Below, piece after piece: positions 26,664-36,937 of a stretch of 52,776 nt of DNA (positions are counted from its first letter, which is position 1; each line of letters begins with the position of its first letter). The DNA lies in the NCBI GenBank assembly GCA_023228765.1, contig JALOAM010000002.1, positions 1-52,776 on the forward strand. Direction: 5' to 3'. The translations under genes were made by a program, and so were the position numbers. The DNA is from Dehalococcoidia bacterium. GTDB taxonomy: Bacteria > Chloroflexota > Dehalococcoidia > UBA2979. The notes beneath the pieces were generated by a model, which was not told the origin of the DNA, did no database searches, and saw only the letters and a list, made by a program, of their open reading frames with translations.

Positions 26664-27430
26664 TGAAGTTCACGCTGAAGGTCTGGCGCCAGGAAGGCCC
26701 CACCGCCAAGGGGCGGTTCGAGACCTACGAGGCGCCCAACATCTCCGAGGAGATGTCGTTCCTCGAAGTCCTCGACGTCGTGAACGAGTCCCTGATCCGC
26801 GAGGGCAAGGAACCGGTCCACTTCGACCACGACTGCCGCGAGGGGATCTGTGGCTCCTGCGGCATGATGATCAACGGCCAGGCCCACGGCCCCCAGCGCG
26901 GCACGGCGACCTGCCAGTTGCACATGCGTAAGTTCGACGATGGCGCGACGATCGTCGTCGAGCCGTGGCGGGCGGCCTCGTTCCCCATCGTGCGCGACCT
27001 CGTCGTGAACCGCTCGGCGTTCGATCGCATCATCGAGGCGGGTGGGTTCGTCTCCGTGAACACGGGCTCCGCGCCCGAGGCGAACATGCTCCCGGTGCCG
27101 AAGCAGGTCGCGGACGCCGCGATGGACGCCGCACAGTGCATCGGTTGTGGCGCCTGTGTCGCCGCCTGCCCGAACGGCGCCGCGCAGCTCTTCACCTCGG
27201 CGAAGCTCCAGCACCTCAACCTGCTCCCGCAGGGCCAGTCCGAGCGCTGGCAGCGCACGGAGTCGATGGTGGAGACGATGGAGGAATACTTCGGCACCTG
27301 CACGAACCACGGCGAGTGCGAGACGGCCTGCCCGAAGAACATCTCGATCGACTTCATCGCCTACATGAACCGCGACTACATCAAGGCGAAGACCGTGAAC
27401 CGCAAGCTGTCCGGACAGGGGCTCGGTTAG
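26663..27430 (+). CDS. sdhB: Succinate dehydrogenase iron-sulfur subunit
   Basis: [15 protein letters not shown] (2Fe-2S), [12 protein letters not shown] and [12 protein letters not shown] cluster motifs. The ATG overlaps the sdhA stop (TGATG). Confidence 0.95.
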   Translation: MKFTLKVWRQEGPTAKGRFETYEAPNISEEMSFLEVLDVVNESLIREGKEPVHFDHDCREGICGSCGMMINGQAHGPQRGTATCQLHMRKFDDGATIVVEPWRAASFPIVRDLVVNRSAFDRIIEAGGFVSVNTGSAPEANMLPVPKQVADAAMDAAQCIGCGACVAACPNGAAQLFTSAKLQHLNLLPQGQSERWQRTESMVETMEEYFGTCTNHGECETACPKNISIDFIAYMNRDYIKAKTVNRKLSGQGLG

Positions 27431-27460
27431 CGTTTACCCATCGAGGGCGATACTAGACAC

Positions 27461-27496
27461 CAACGGCGCGTTCCCATTCGCAGGGACGCGCCGTTG
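27461..27496 (+). terminator. Intrinsic terminator candidate for the sdhCAB operon
   Basis: CAACGGCGCG/CGCGCCGTTG perfect 10-bp stem, extended by TCCC/GGGA around an ATTCGCA loop. Followed by TTCGATCT. Lies 31 nt after the sdhB stop. Confidence 0.6.
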
Positions 27497-27554
27497 TTCG
27501 ATCTCCACGCTTCTTCTGCCATGCTGACCGAGCGGAACACGCAGGAGGTGCTTC

Positions 27555-27950
27555 ATGACCAGTGCGACCGGCAGCTTCACCGTGAACTCGTGGGATGAGG
27601 TCGGCTACGAGGAGCTCGAGGGTGGGGCGAAGCTCACTGAGGCGAACGTCACCCAGACGTTCGAGGGCGCGCTCGTGGGGCAGGGGCGCGTGCGCTGGCT
27701 GATGTCCTACCGTCCGGACGGGACCGCACAGTACGTGGGCCTCCAGCGGTTCGAGGGCACGCTGGACGGGCGGCGCGGCTCGTTCGTCGCGGAGACCTCC
27801 GGCGGCTTCGACAATGAGCGCGCCCGCTGGACGCTCACCGTGATCCCGGGGACCGGCACCGATGAGCTCGCGGGCCTCGAGGGCTCCGGAACGTTCGAGG
27901 CGCCCCACGGTGGGAGCGCCTCGTTCGACTTCGACTACCAGTTGGGCTGA
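27555..27950 (+). CDS. DUF3224 family protein
   Basis: GSFTVNSWDE...KLTEANVTQTFEGALVGQG...GTLDGRRGSFV...GTGTDELAGLEGSGTFEA matches the DUF3224 pattern as I recall it. AGGAGG lies upstream. Confidence 0.7.
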   Translation: MTSATGSFTVNSWDEVGYEELEGGAKLTEANVTQTFEGALVGQGRVRWLMSYRPDGTAQYVGLQRFEGTLDGRRGSFVAETSGGFDNERARWTLTVIPGTGTDELAGLEGSGTFEAPHGGSASFDFDYQLG

Positions 27951-27975
27951 CGCCCGAGACTCTCTCGGACGGGGG

Positions 27976-29385
27976 TTACTCGGACGGCTGGGTCATCTCG
28001 TCCGGCTTCACCCACTCGTCGAACTGCTCGTTGGTGAGCAGGCCGAGCGCGAGGGCAGACTCGCGGAGGGTGGTGCCCTCGGCGTGGGCCTTCTTCGCGA
28101 TCTTCGCGGCGTTGTCGTAGCCGATGTGCGGGTTGAGCGCCGTGACCAGCATCAGGGAGGACTCCAGGAGCTCCCGGATGCGGGCCATGTTCGGCTGGAT
28201 GCCCACCACGCAGTTGTCGGTGAACGAACGGGCCGCGTCGCCCAGCAGGCGGATGCTCTGCAGGTTGTTGTAGGCGATGACCGGCTTGAACACGTTCAGC
28301 TCGAAGTGGCCGGTGGCACCGCCCACGCTGACCGAGACGGCGTTGCCCATGACCTGTGCGCAGACCATGGTCACGGCCTCGGACTGCGTCGGGTTCACCT
28401 TGCCCGGCATGATCGAGGATCCCGGCTCGTTCTCCGGCAGCAGGAGCTCGCCGATGCCCGCGCGCGGGCCGGAGCCCAGCAGGCGGACGTCGTTCGCGAT
28501 CTTCATCATCGACGCGGCGATGGTGTTGAGCTGGCCCGCCAGCTCAACCTGCGCGTCGTGTGCCGCGAGTGCCTCGAACTTGTTCGGGGCGCTGACGAAC
28601 GGCAGGCCCGTGAACGCTGCGATGCGCTCAGCCACCCGAGGTGCGTACTCCGGGTGGCTGTTGAGACCGGTCCCGACGGCCGTGCCGCCGAGCGCGAGCT
28701 CGTAGAGGCGGGGGAGGGTGCCCTCCACGCGCTGGATGCCGTAGGTGAGCTGCTGGACGTATCCCGAGAACTCCTGCCCGAGGGTGAGCGGGACGGCGTC
28801 CATCAGGTGCGTCCGGCCGATCTTCGTGATCGAGTCGAACTCCTCCACCTTCGCCTGCAGGGCGTCGCGGAGGTAGGTGAGGGCGGGCACCAGGTGGTGC
28901 ACCACCTGCTCCGCCGTCGCGATGCTCATGGCGCCGGGGAACGTGTCGTTGGAGGACTGCGACATGTTCACGTGGTCGTTGGGGTGGATGGGCTTCTTGG
29001 AGCCCATCTCGCCCCCGGCCATCTCGATCCCGCGGTTGGAGATGACCTCGTTCACATTCATGTTGGTCTGCGTGCCGGAGCCCGTCTGCCAGATCACGAG
29101 CGGGAAGTGGTCATCGAGCGAACCGTCGATGACCTCCTGCGCCGCGGCCTTGATCGTGCCGGCGAGGTCGGCGGGCAGCTTGCCCAGCGCCTCGTTCACC
29201 TCCGCGGAGGCGTACTTCACGATGCCGAACCCGCGGATCAGCGGGCGCGGCATGTGCTCGATGCCGATCTTGAAGTTCTCCAGCGACCGCTGGGTCTGAG
29301 CGCCCCAGTAGCGGCTGGCGTCGACCTCGATCGGGCCGAAGGTGTCGGTCTCGGTGCGGGTGCCCAGGTTCGAGGAGTCGAGCAC
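27976..29385 (-). CDS. fumC: Fumarate hydratase, class II
   Basis: [16 protein letters not shown] signature, [28 protein letters not shown] start 5 nt after the mdh stop. Confidence 0.95.
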   Translation of the reverse strand: MLDSSNLGTRTETDTFGPIEVDASRYWGAQTQRSLENFKIGIEHMPRPLIRGFGIVKYASAEVNEALGKLPADLAGTIKAAAQEVIDGSLDDHFPLVIWQTGSGTQTNMNVNEVISNRGIEMAGGEMGSKKPIHPNDHVNMSQSSNDTFPGAMSIATAEQVVHHLVPALTYLRDALQAKVEEFDSITKIGRTHLMDAVPLTLGQEFSGYVQQLTYGIQRVEGTLPRLYELALGGTAVGTGLNSHPEYAPRVAERIAAFTGLPFVSAPNKFEALAAHDAQVELAGQLNTIAASMMKIANDVRLLGSGPRAGIGELLLPENEPGSSIMPGKVNPTQSEAVTMVCAQVMGNAVSVSVGGATGHFELNVFKPVIAYNNLQSIRLLGDAARSFTDNCVVGIQPNMARIRELLESSLMLVTALNPHIGYDNAAKIAKKAHAEGTTLRESALALGLLTNEQFDEWVKPDEMTQPSE

Positions 29386-29390
29386 GAGTC

Positions 29391-30395
29391 TCAGCCCTTC
29401 GGGGTGGCGGCGACGAGTTCCTTGACGGCCTCGCCGGCCACCTTCATCGCGGCCGTCTCGTCCTCGGACAGCGCGATCTCGAAGATCTCCTGGATGCCGC
29501 CCGCGCCGAGGCGCAGCGGGACGCCGACGTAGCCGCCGTCCACGCCGTACTGGCCCTCCAGGTACGCCGCGCAGGGGAGGATGCGCCGCTCGTCGAGGAG
29601 GATGGCCTCCACCATCTCGATGGTGGCGACCGCCGGGGCGACGAACGCGGAGCCGGTCTTGAGCAGGTCCACGATCTCAGCACCGCCGCGCTGCGCGCGG
29701 GCAACGACGACCTTCACCTTCTCCTCCGAGAGGAGCTGGGTGAGCGGTACCCCTCCGACGGTGGCGTTCGAGACGATCGGGACCATGGTGGCCTCCGTGT
29801 GGCCGCCGAGGACCCACGCGGAGACGTCCTTCACGGACGCGCCGGTCTCCATCGCGATGAAGGTGCGGTAGCGGGCCGTGTCCAGCATGCCGCCCTGGCC
29901 GACGACGCGCTCCTTCGGGAAGCCGGAGGCCTCCAGCGCTACGTGGCACATGGCGTCCATCGGGTTCGCGAAGATCACGAGGACGGCGTTCGGCGACCGC
30001 TTCGCGGCCTCCGACACCACGGCGCGAACGATGCCGGCGTTCGTGCCGAGCAGGTCCTCGCGCGTCATGCCGGGCTTGCGGGCGACGCCGGAGGTGATGA
30101 CCACGACATCGGAGTCCGCGGTGTCATCCCAGTTGTTGGTGCCGGTGATGGTGGCCGAGGATCGCACCCACGGGAGCGACTCCGCCTGGTCCAGCGCCTT
30201 CCCCTGCGGGAGGCCCTCCACGATGTCGATGAGCGTCACGTCCGCGTGTCCGCGGCCGGCGAGGATCTGGGCCATGGTCGCGCCGGTGTTGCCGGCGCCG
30301 ACGATCGTTACCTTCGAGCGAGCCAGGGGAGTATCCCTTCGTGCCGGGCCGGCGCACGGATTCCGCCCGCCACCGGCCCTTCCTGTGGTCGTCAC
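29391..30395 (-). CDS. mdh: Malate dehydrogenase (LDH-like family); start uncertain
   Basis: [11 protein letters not shown] Rossmann motif, [27 protein letters not shown]. The ORF's first 23 codons are Gly/Arg/Pro-rich. An alternative CTG at 30326 has GAAGGGA 7 nt upstream. Confidence 0.9.
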   Translation of the reverse strand: MTTTGRAGGGRNPCAGPARRDTPLARSKVTIVGAGNTGATMAQILAGRGHADVTLIDIVEGLPQGKALDQAESLPWVRSSATITGTNNWDDTADSDVVVITSGVARKPGMTREDLLGTNAGIVRAVVSEAAKRSPNAVLVIFANPMDAMCHVALEASGFPKERVVGQGGMLDTARYRTFIAMETGASVKDVSAWVLGGHTEATMVPIVSNATVGGVPLTQLLSEEKVKVVVARAQRGGAEIVDLLKTGSAFVAPAVATIEMVEAILLDERRILPCAAYLEGQYGVDGGYVGVPLRLGAGGIQEIFEIALSEDETAAMKVAGEAVKELVAATPKG

Positions 30396-30468
30396 GCTCG
30401 AAGGCGTCCGCAGCCCCTCATCCCGAACCGGTCGAGGAGCTGGCGGACGCCCTCGGACGGTGATTGCG

Positions 30469-31686
30469 CTAGCTGGCCATCTTCGCCTGCAGGTTCTCGT
30501 CCAGCGCGGCGAGGAACTGCTGCGTGGTGAGCCACGGCTGGTCCGGGCCGACGAGGATGGCGAGGTCCTTCGTCATCTGGCCGCCCTCGATCGTGGCGAC
30601 GCAGACTTCCTCCAGGGCGGAGGCGAAGGTGGCGAGGTCCGAGTTGTCGTCCAGCTTCGCGCGGTGGGCGAGCCCTCGGGTCCACGCGAAGATCGAGGCG
30701 ACCGGGTTGGTGGAGGTCTCCTGGCCGGCCTGGTGCTGGCGGTAGTGCCGCGTGACCGTGCCGTGGGCGGCCTCGGCCTCCACGGTGTCGCCGTCAGGCG
30801 TCATCAGGACGGAGGACATCATGCCCAGCGAGCCGAAGCCCTGCGCGACGATGTCCGACTGGACGTCGCCGTCGTAGTTCTTCGCGGCCCAGACGATGCC
30901 GCCGTTCCACTTGAGGACCTGCGCGACCAGGTCGTCGATCAGTCGGTGCTCGTAGGCGAGTCCGGCCTGGTCGAAGGTGGCCTTGAACTCCTGCTGGTAG
31001 ACCTCTTCGAAGATGTCCTTGAAGCGGCCGTCGTAGGCCTTCAGGATCGTGTTCTTCGTGGAGAGGTAGAGCGGGTAGTTGCGGCCCACGGCGTAGTTGA
31101 AGCAGGCGCGGGCGAAGCCGTAGATGGACTCGTCCGTGTTGTACATGCCCATCGCGATGCCCGGGCCCTCGAAGTCCTGGACCTCGAAGTCCAGTCCCTC
31201 GCCACCGCCCTCGGGGGTCCAGGTCATCTTCAGCTTGCCGGCGCCGGGGACCAGGAAGTCGGTCGCACGGTACTGGTCACCGTGGGCGTGACGGCCGATG
31301 ACGATCGGCTCGGTCCAGTTCGGGATGATGCGCGGGATGTTGGTGCAGATGATCGGCTCGCGGAAGACGGTGCCGCCCAGGATGTTGCGGATGGTCCCGT
31401 TGGGGGATTTCCACATCTTCTTAAGCTTGAACTCCTCCACGCGGGCTTCGTCCGGGGTAATGGTGGCGCACTTCACGCCCACCCCGTGCCGCTTGATCGC
31501 GTTCGCGGCGTCCACGGTGACCTGGTCGTCCGTAGCGTCGCGGTGCTCCATGCCCAGGTCGTAGTACTCGAGCTGGATGTCCAGGTACGGCAGGATCAGG
31601 CGTTCCTTGATGAACCCCCAGATGATGCGCGTCATCTCATCGCCGTCGAGCTCGACGACAGGGTTCTTCACCGGGATCTTCGCCAT
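30469..31686 (-). CDS. icd: Isocitrate dehydrogenase (NADP), homodimeric eukaryote-like type
   Basis: [51 protein letters not shown]. Confidence 0.95.
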   Translation of the reverse strand: MAKIPVKNPVVELDGDEMTRIIWGFIKERLILPYLDIQLEYYDLGMEHRDATDDQVTVDAANAIKRHGVGVKCATITPDEARVEEFKLKKMWKSPNGTIRNILGGTVFREPIICTNIPRIIPNWTEPIVIGRHAHGDQYRATDFLVPGAGKLKMTWTPEGGGEGLDFEVQDFEGPGIAMGMYNTDESIYGFARACFNYAVGRNYPLYLSTKNTILKAYDGRFKDIFEEVYQQEFKATFDQAGLAYEHRLIDDLVAQVLKWNGGIVWAAKNYDGDVQSDIVAQGFGSLGMMSSVLMTPDGDTVEAEAAHGTVTRHYRQHQAGQETSTNPVASIFAWTRGLAHRAKLDDNSDLATFASALEEVCVATIEGGQMTKDLAILVGPDQPWLTTQQFLAALDENLQAKMAS

Positions 31687-31987
31687 GGGTACTCCTCACA
31701 CCGATCCGAGGTCGCCGTCGCGTGGAATCCGAGGCGGCCCGCAGGATGGCCCTCTGGTCGGCGCCCCGTCGGTCGGCCCTGTGGTCGGCGAGGGGGCGCT
31801 GAGGTCGGGGCCCCCTTCCCGCGACGCCTGGGAGTGGCCACGCATGGTGGCTGCTCGTCAGGCCCGTTGGGCCCGGGCGTAGGGCGTCCTCCCGACAGGC
31901 GGGCGGAGTATATCGCCAACGTGCCGTACCGCCGAGCCGCCGCGGACCTAGAGGGGGACGCGACCCGTTATTCCACGTCATTCCGCG

Positions 31988-32923
31988 TTATTCCTCGGGC
32001 GAGGGGATGAGCATCGGCCCGGCGAGGGTGGCGAGGGCCTCCAGCGCGGCGATCTGCTCCAGGGTGAGCGCCTGCGGCTCCGGCGAGGACATGACGAGCG
32101 AGGCGATCCGCTCGCGGCCGGAGCGCACGGGGACGAGCGCGAGACTCCGGACCGGCTGGTCGTACTCGACGGCGATGCGAGGCCCGACCACCGCCGAGGG
32201 GCGGACGTCGTCCTGGTAGACGGTGGTGTTCCGGTCCCACCGCCCGATCGCGTCGGGGCTGAGCGTGAAGCGGCGGGGGAGCGGGTCCGACTGGTGGCTC
32301 GAGACCGGGGAGAGCATCCCGTCGCTTCCGCGCCGCTCCATGAGCAGCGTGGAGGCGGGCGCAGGCACGATGGCGTCGACCACGGAGCGCATCCGCGCGG
32401 CGAGCTCCTCGCGGGGGAGTCGCACCCCGGCGATCTCGATCGCGAACCGCAGGAGGTGGCCCTCGTACGTGGAGTGGTCCTCGGCGCGCTCGAACGGGGT
32501 GCGGAAGCCGGTGGGAAGCAGCGCGCCGACACCGAGGACGCTCCAGCCCTCCGGGCTGGCCTCCAGCGGCATGTAGGACATCTGCAACCAGACCTCGCGG
32601 CCGTTCTCCGCCCGGAGGCCGATGGTGCGGTGGCGCTGCGGGATGCCCGTCCGGCGGACCACCTGGGCAGGGTGGTCGGAGCGCACCAGTTCGCGTCCCA
32701 GGTCGTCGAAGAAGCGCTGCCCGGCGACGAACTGGCGGCCCTCGGCGCCGGTCTCGTTCCCACCCCGCCCGAGGGAGCTCGCGATGACACTGGAGGTGGA
32801 CTGGAAGACGCCGGAGCCGTCGCGGAGGGTGAGGACGAGTCCGGAGTTGAGGATCGCCTCCAGGACCGCGCGCCGCGGATCGTCAGGATCGGTCTGCTCG
32901 ACGAGGTCGCTCAGCGAGGGCAT
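31988..32923 (-). CDS. Stand-alone sensor protein, PAS-like plus GAF-like domains, no output domain
   Basis: The N-terminal half has a PAS-like pattern (HPAQVVRRTGIPQRHRTIGLRAENGREVWLQMSYMPL). The C-terminal half has a GAF-like ending (RSLALVPVRSGRERIASLVMSSPEPQALTLEQIAALEALATLAGPML). Confidence 0.5.
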   Translation of the reverse strand: MPSLSDLVEQTDPDDPRRAVLEAILNSGLVLTLRDGSGVFQSTSSVIASSLGRGGNETGAEGRQFVAGQRFFDDLGRELVRSDHPAQVVRRTGIPQRHRTIGLRAENGREVWLQMSYMPLEASPEGWSVLGVGALLPTGFRTPFERAEDHSTYEGHLLRFAIEIAGVRLPREELAARMRSVVDAIVPAPASTLLMERRGSDGMLSPVSSHQSDPLPRRFTLSPDAIGRWDRNTTVYQDDVRPSAVVGPRIAVEYDQPVRSLALVPVRSGRERIASLVMSSPEPQALTLEQIAALEALATLAGPMLIPSPEE

Positions 32924-32973
32924 GTGTGCGCTCCACGGCCGGGATCGTACGACACGGACGCGGGAAGCAACGC

Positions 32974-33005
32974 GGGCGAGCCTGTCGAGGTGAACAGGCT
33001 CGCCC
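32974..33005 (-). terminator. Hairpin terminator candidate after the carboxyltransferase gene
   Basis: GGGCGAGCCTGT-8 nt-ACAGGCTCGCCC, a perfect 12-bp stem 38 nt downstream of the stop at 33043. Weak U-tract on the - strand. Confidence 0.5.
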
Positions 33006-33042
33006 GTGGTGTGACGCGTGATGTGTGTGTTTGCGTGGCTTC

Positions 33043-34581
33043 CTAGAGCGGGATGTTGCCGTGCTTCTTGGGCGGGACGGAGACCGACTTGGTCCGCAGC
33101 ATTTCCAGCGCATGCGCGATCTTCACGCGCGTGTCGCGCGGGTCGATCACGTCGTCGATGTAGCCCTCCGCGGCCGCGATGTACGGGTGCTCCAGGCGCA
33201 GTCGGTAGTCTTCGATCTGGCGCTTGCGCTCGGCCTCGGGGTCGTCGGCGGCCTGGATCTCGCGGCGGCCGATGATGTTCACGGCCTGTGAGCCGGCCAT
33301 GACGGCGATCGCCGCCGTGGGCCAGGCGTAGTTCACGTCCGCGCCCAGGTGCTTCGAGCCCATCGCGTCGTACGCGCCGCCGAAGGCCTTGCGCAGGATC
33401 ACGGTCACCTTCGGCACGGTGGCGGCGGCGTAGGCGTACACGAGCTTCGCGCCGTGGGTGATGATGCCGCCGTACTCCTGCGACACCCCGGGGAGGAAGC
33501 CGGGCACGTCGACCAGCGTCACGATCGGGATGTTGAAGGAGTCACAGAACCGCACGAAGCGCGCGGCCTTCCTCGACGAGTCGATGTCGAGGACACCCGC
33601 GAGGTAGAGCGGCTGGTTGGCGACGACCCCAACGGGGTGGCCGGCGATGCGCCCCAGGCCGCACACGATGTTCGGTGCGAAGTACTCGTGGACCTCCATG
33701 AACTCGCCGTTGTCGACCACGCGTTCGATGACGTCGCGCACGTCGTACTGCTGGTCGGCCTCACCCGGCACCACGTTCAGGACGTCGTCCAGGCGGCGGT
33801 CCACCGGGTCACCCGTCTCCTCGAACGGCGGGTCGTCCATGTTGTTGGACGGGAGGTAGGAGAGGAGGCGCTTCACCTCCTCCAGGCAGTCCGTCTCGTT
33901 CGGCGAGGAGAAATGCGCCACGCCCGACTTCGAGACGTGCGAGGCGGCGCCGCCGAGTTCCTCCACGGTGGTGATCTCGCCGGTCACGGAGGCGATGACG
34001 TCCGGCCCCGTGAGGAACATCTGGGAGGTCTGCTCGACCATGAAGATGAAGTCCGTGAGGGCGGGCGAGTAGACCGCCCCACCCGCGCAGGGGCCCATGA
34101 TCACGCTGATCTGCGGGATGACGCCGGAGGCCTGCACGTTCCGGAAGAAGATCTCCCCGTACCCGGCCAGGGCGTCGACGCCCTCCTGGATGCGGGCGCC
34201 TCCGGAGTCGTTCAGGCCGATGACCGGGACTCCGGTCTTGGTGGCGACGTCCATGAGCTTGGCGATCTTGATGCCGACGACGGCGCCGAGGGAGCCGCCG
34301 AAGACGGTGAAGTCCTGCGCGAAGACACAGACCGTCCGGCCGTCCATCTTGCCCCAGCCGGTGACCACGGCGTCGCCGTAGTACTGGACGCCGTCGTCCT
34401 CGTAGTCGTGGGCCAGGGCGTCCATCTCCTCGAAGGAGCCGGGATCGAGCAGCGCGTCGATGCGCTCACGGGCGGTGAGCTTGCCGCGCTGATGTTGAGC
34501 CTCGATGCGCTCTTCGCCACCACCCAGGGCGGCGCGCGCCTTCAGCGCCTGCAACTTCTCGAGGCTCTCCTCGATCGTCAT
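33043..34581 (-). CDS. Acyl-CoA carboxylase carboxyltransferase (beta) subunit, propionyl-/methylmalonyl-CoA type
   Basis: GKLTARERIDALLDPGSFEE, DFTVFGGSLG, GLNDSGGARIQEG, VIMGPCAGGAVYSPALTDF, RKAFGGAYDAM. ATG at 34581 with GAAGGAG upstream. Confidence 0.9.
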   Translation of the reverse strand: MTIEESLEKLQALKARAALGGGEERIEAQHQRGKLTARERIDALLDPGSFEEMDALAHDYEDDGVQYYGDAVVTGWGKMDGRTVCVFAQDFTVFGGSLGAVVGIKIAKLMDVATKTGVPVIGLNDSGGARIQEGVDALAGYGEIFFRNVQASGVIPQISVIMGPCAGGAVYSPALTDFIFMVEQTSQMFLTGPDVIASVTGEITTVEELGGAASHVSKSGVAHFSSPNETDCLEEVKRLLSYLPSNNMDDPPFEETGDPVDRRLDDVLNVVPGEADQQYDVRDVIERVVDNGEFMEVHEYFAPNIVCGLGRIAGHPVGVVANQPLYLAGVLDIDSSRKAARFVRFCDSFNIPIVTLVDVPGFLPGVSQEYGGIITHGAKLVYAYAAATVPKVTVILRKAFGGAYDAMGSKHLGADVNYAWPTAAIAVMAGSQAVNIIGRREIQAADDPEAERKRQIEDYRLRLEHPYIAAAEGYIDDVIDPRDTRVKIAHALEMLRTKSVSVPPKKHGNIPL

Positions 34582-34779
34582 GGACCACTCCTTCGTGCGC
34601 TCGGGCGACCGGACCCCGGCGCGCACCGAAGCGGCCGAGGGCGCTCCACAGTGCTCGCAAACGGGTGTCGACGCGGGACAACGATAAGGCTAGCGGTGTT
34701 CGGGGCTACTCGCGCGGGATGGAGCGAACGTCATCCGGACCGCTATCGCCGCCGACCGCGCCACTGACGGGGAGGCGGG

Positions 34780-35403
34780 CTACTGGGGTGTCGGGAGCTG
34801 GATCTCCTGGCCGATCTGCAGGTCGGTGATCTCGTCCTCGGTCATGCCGTTCGCCGCGGCGAGGGCTTCCACCGTGGTGTCGAACTCGAGCGCGATGCCG
34901 AAGGCGGTGTCACCCTCCTGGACGGTGTACGTGGTCCCGTCTTCGGACAGGCCGCCGCCCGGGGTCTCGTCATCGTCGTCGCCGCCGTTGTCCGCAGGAG
35001 GTGTCGGCGTCGCCGTCGCAGTGCTGCTGGTGCTCGGCGCTGAACCGCCACGCGGGATGAGCAGCGTCTGCCCGACGAAGATCTGGTCGCCCTCGATGTC
35101 GTTCGCCTCGCGGATGAGATCCGCGTCCACGCCGAACCGCGAGGAGATCGCACCGAGGCTGTCGCCGGCCTCGACGACGTACTCCGCGGCTTCCTCGGTG
35201 CCTCCGCCGCCCGGGAGGGCGCCACCGGTCACGATGATCGGGTCAGGGACCTCCGCGAGCGCGGTCGCCGTGGGGGCGGGGGTGTTGTCGGCTACCGCGG
35301 TGGAGCCAGCGGTCGGTGTGCCGTCGTCGCCACCGTTGCACGCGCCGAGGACCCCGATGGCGAGCAGGGAGCCGAGGGCGATCGAGAATGTGCGTAGGCG
35401 CAT
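34780..35403 (-). CDS. Secreted lipoprotein with two LysM peptidoglycan-binding domains
   Basis: Signal peptide plus lipobox (LGAC). LysM repeats YVVEAGDSLGAISSRFGVDADLIREAN...GQTLLIP and YTVQEGDTAFGIALEFDTTVEALAAANG...GQEIQLP. Confidence 0.8.
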   Translation of the reverse strand: MRLRTFSIALGSLLAIGVLGACNGGDDGTPTAGSTAVADNTPAPTATALAEVPDPIIVTGGALPGGGGTEEAAEYVVEAGDSLGAISSRFGVDADLIREANDIEGDQIFVGQTLLIPRGGSAPSTSSTATATPTPPADNGGDDDDETPGGGLSEDGTTYTVQEGDTAFGIALEFDTTVEALAAANGMTEDEITDLQIGQEIQLPTPQ

Positions 35404-35488
35404 AGGCGATTCCACGATTACATCGTACGCGAGAGCGCGTCGGCGAAACAAGCGCCGAAACCGTCTCGGATCTCCTCAACCCTAACCG

Positions 35489-36895
35489 TCAACGCGCCAG
35501 CACATTCGCGTGTCGGTCCACGAGCGCGTCGAGGGCGGCATCTACTGCGGCGAGGAATCGCCCGACCGCACCCTCGTCGATGCGGTCCATGGTGTCCTGC
35601 GCGGTGTGGATCGCGCGGTCGTCGCCGGCGTTGAACGTGACGGAGGGGACGCCGACCGAGGCGAACGAGACGTGGTCAGAGGAGGCGTAGGGCGGGAACG
35701 CCCCGTTCTCGAACCCCTCGACGCCCGCGTTGTCGAGGGCGGCCAAGATCTCGTCGGTCAGGTCATCGTTGCCGACCACCACCGGGCCGTCCCAGCGGCC
35801 GGCCATGTCCACGTTCAGCATAAAGCGCCCGGTCCCGGCGAGGTGGTTCGCGACGTAATCCTGCGACCCAAACAGCCCGAGCTCCTCCGCGCCGAAGAGG
35901 ACGACGCAGAGGCCGTCCACGGGGTTCGCGCGCGCGACCTCCAACGCCACGGCAGTGCCGCTGGCGTTGTCGTTCGCACCAGGACTGACGGTGACGCTGT
36001 CGTAGTGGGCGCCGAGGTAGGCGAAGCACCGGTCGCCGTGACGACCGACCACGTTCTGCGAGGTGGTGGTCTCGCGTCCGGCGTCCGCGATCGCCGAGAT
36101 CCGCTCGCCGATCGCCTCCTCCAGCACGTCGCCATCCTCGCCCGCCACGCCGATGACGGGGATGGAGACCTCGGTGTCGTCGCCGAGGGAGCCGAGGAAC
36201 AGACCGGGCTCGTCGTTCACGATGATGACACCGATGGCGCCGGCCGCCTCCGCGGCGCGCGCCTTGTCGCCGAAGGTGACGGTGCCGCGCTCGAAGATCA
36301 CGACCTTGCCACGCAAGTCCCCGCCCGCGAGGTCCTCCGGCCGTCCGAGGCCGGCATGGACGGCCGTCCCGGCGGCCTCGCCGTTCGGGGAGCCCTGCAT
36401 CGCGAGGCCGCGCAGGAGGACGCCTCCGGGTAGCTCGACGACGGAGTCGTCTCGCTCCGCCTCGAAGGTGAACTCCTCGATCTGGGTGTCGTAGCCGGCG
36501 GTATCGAGCTGCGTCGCGATGTAGTCCGCGGCCTCCCGCTCTTGCTCACTGCCCGCCGGGCGGGGTCCGATGCCCTCCGAGAGGTGGCGGATGTGCTCCA
36601 TCGCACGGCCGGTATCCGGCGTGGCGACGGGGGCGGGTGGAGCGGCGCTGCTCTCGAGGGCTGCCGTCGCCGTCGGGGAGGGAGCGGCCGCCGTCGGTGT
36701 GCCGCTGTCCGAGGCAGGCGTCGCGGCGGTAGCGGTGCCGGGGGCATCGGAGCTGGCGGTCGCGGCGAAGGTGGACGGGGTGGCGGCGTCGCCGGCCTCG
36801 GTGGGACCGTCAGAGCAGGCGACAGTGGCCGCAAGGAGCGCGACCGTGGCGGCGAGCATGAGTGTGCGCGGCACGCTCGGCGGCGTGGGGGACAA
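35489..36895 (-). CDS. M28 family aminopeptidase lipoprotein with PA domain
   Basis: Lipobox (TVAC), PA-domain pattern GKVVIFERGTVTFGDKARAAEAAGAIGVIIVND, M28 metal-site motifs GANDNASG, FGAEELGLFGS and SDH. TTG start; an alternative ATG lies at 36859. Confidence 0.8.
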   Translation of the reverse strand: MSPTPPSVPRTLMLAATVALLAATVACSDGPTEAGDAATPSTFAATASSDAPGTATAATPASDSGTPTAAAPSPTATAALESSAAPPAPVATPDTGRAMEHIRHLSEGIGPRPAGSEQEREAADYIATQLDTAGYDTQIEEFTFEAERDDSVVELPGGVLLRGLAMQGSPNGEAAGTAVHAGLGRPEDLAGGDLRGKVVIFERGTVTFGDKARAAEAAGAIGVIIVNDEPGLFLGSLGDDTEVSIPVIGVAGEDGDVLEEAIGERISAIADAGRETTTSQNVVGRHGDRCFAYLGAHYDSVTVSPGANDNASGTAVALEVARANPVDGLCVVLFGAEELGLFGSQDYVANHLAGTGRFMLNVDMAGRWDGPVVVGNDDLTDEILAALDNAGVEGFENGAFPPYASSDHVSFASVGVPSVTFNAGDDRAIHTAQDTMDRIDEGAVGRFLAAVDAALDALVDRHANVLAR

Positions 36896-36937
36896 CGGCG
36901 ACTCCGACTCCAGTGGGTGGGAGGGCGAGCGTATGGA

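Noticed and set aside
35404-35488. Possible c-di-AMP (ydaO-type) or other riboswitch upstream of the LysM protein gene.
   Set aside because: The spacer is only 85 nt and holds just short 5-bp hairpins, which is too small for that riboswitch class. A TACGAT box (35422-35427 on the - strand) suggests a simple promoter instead.
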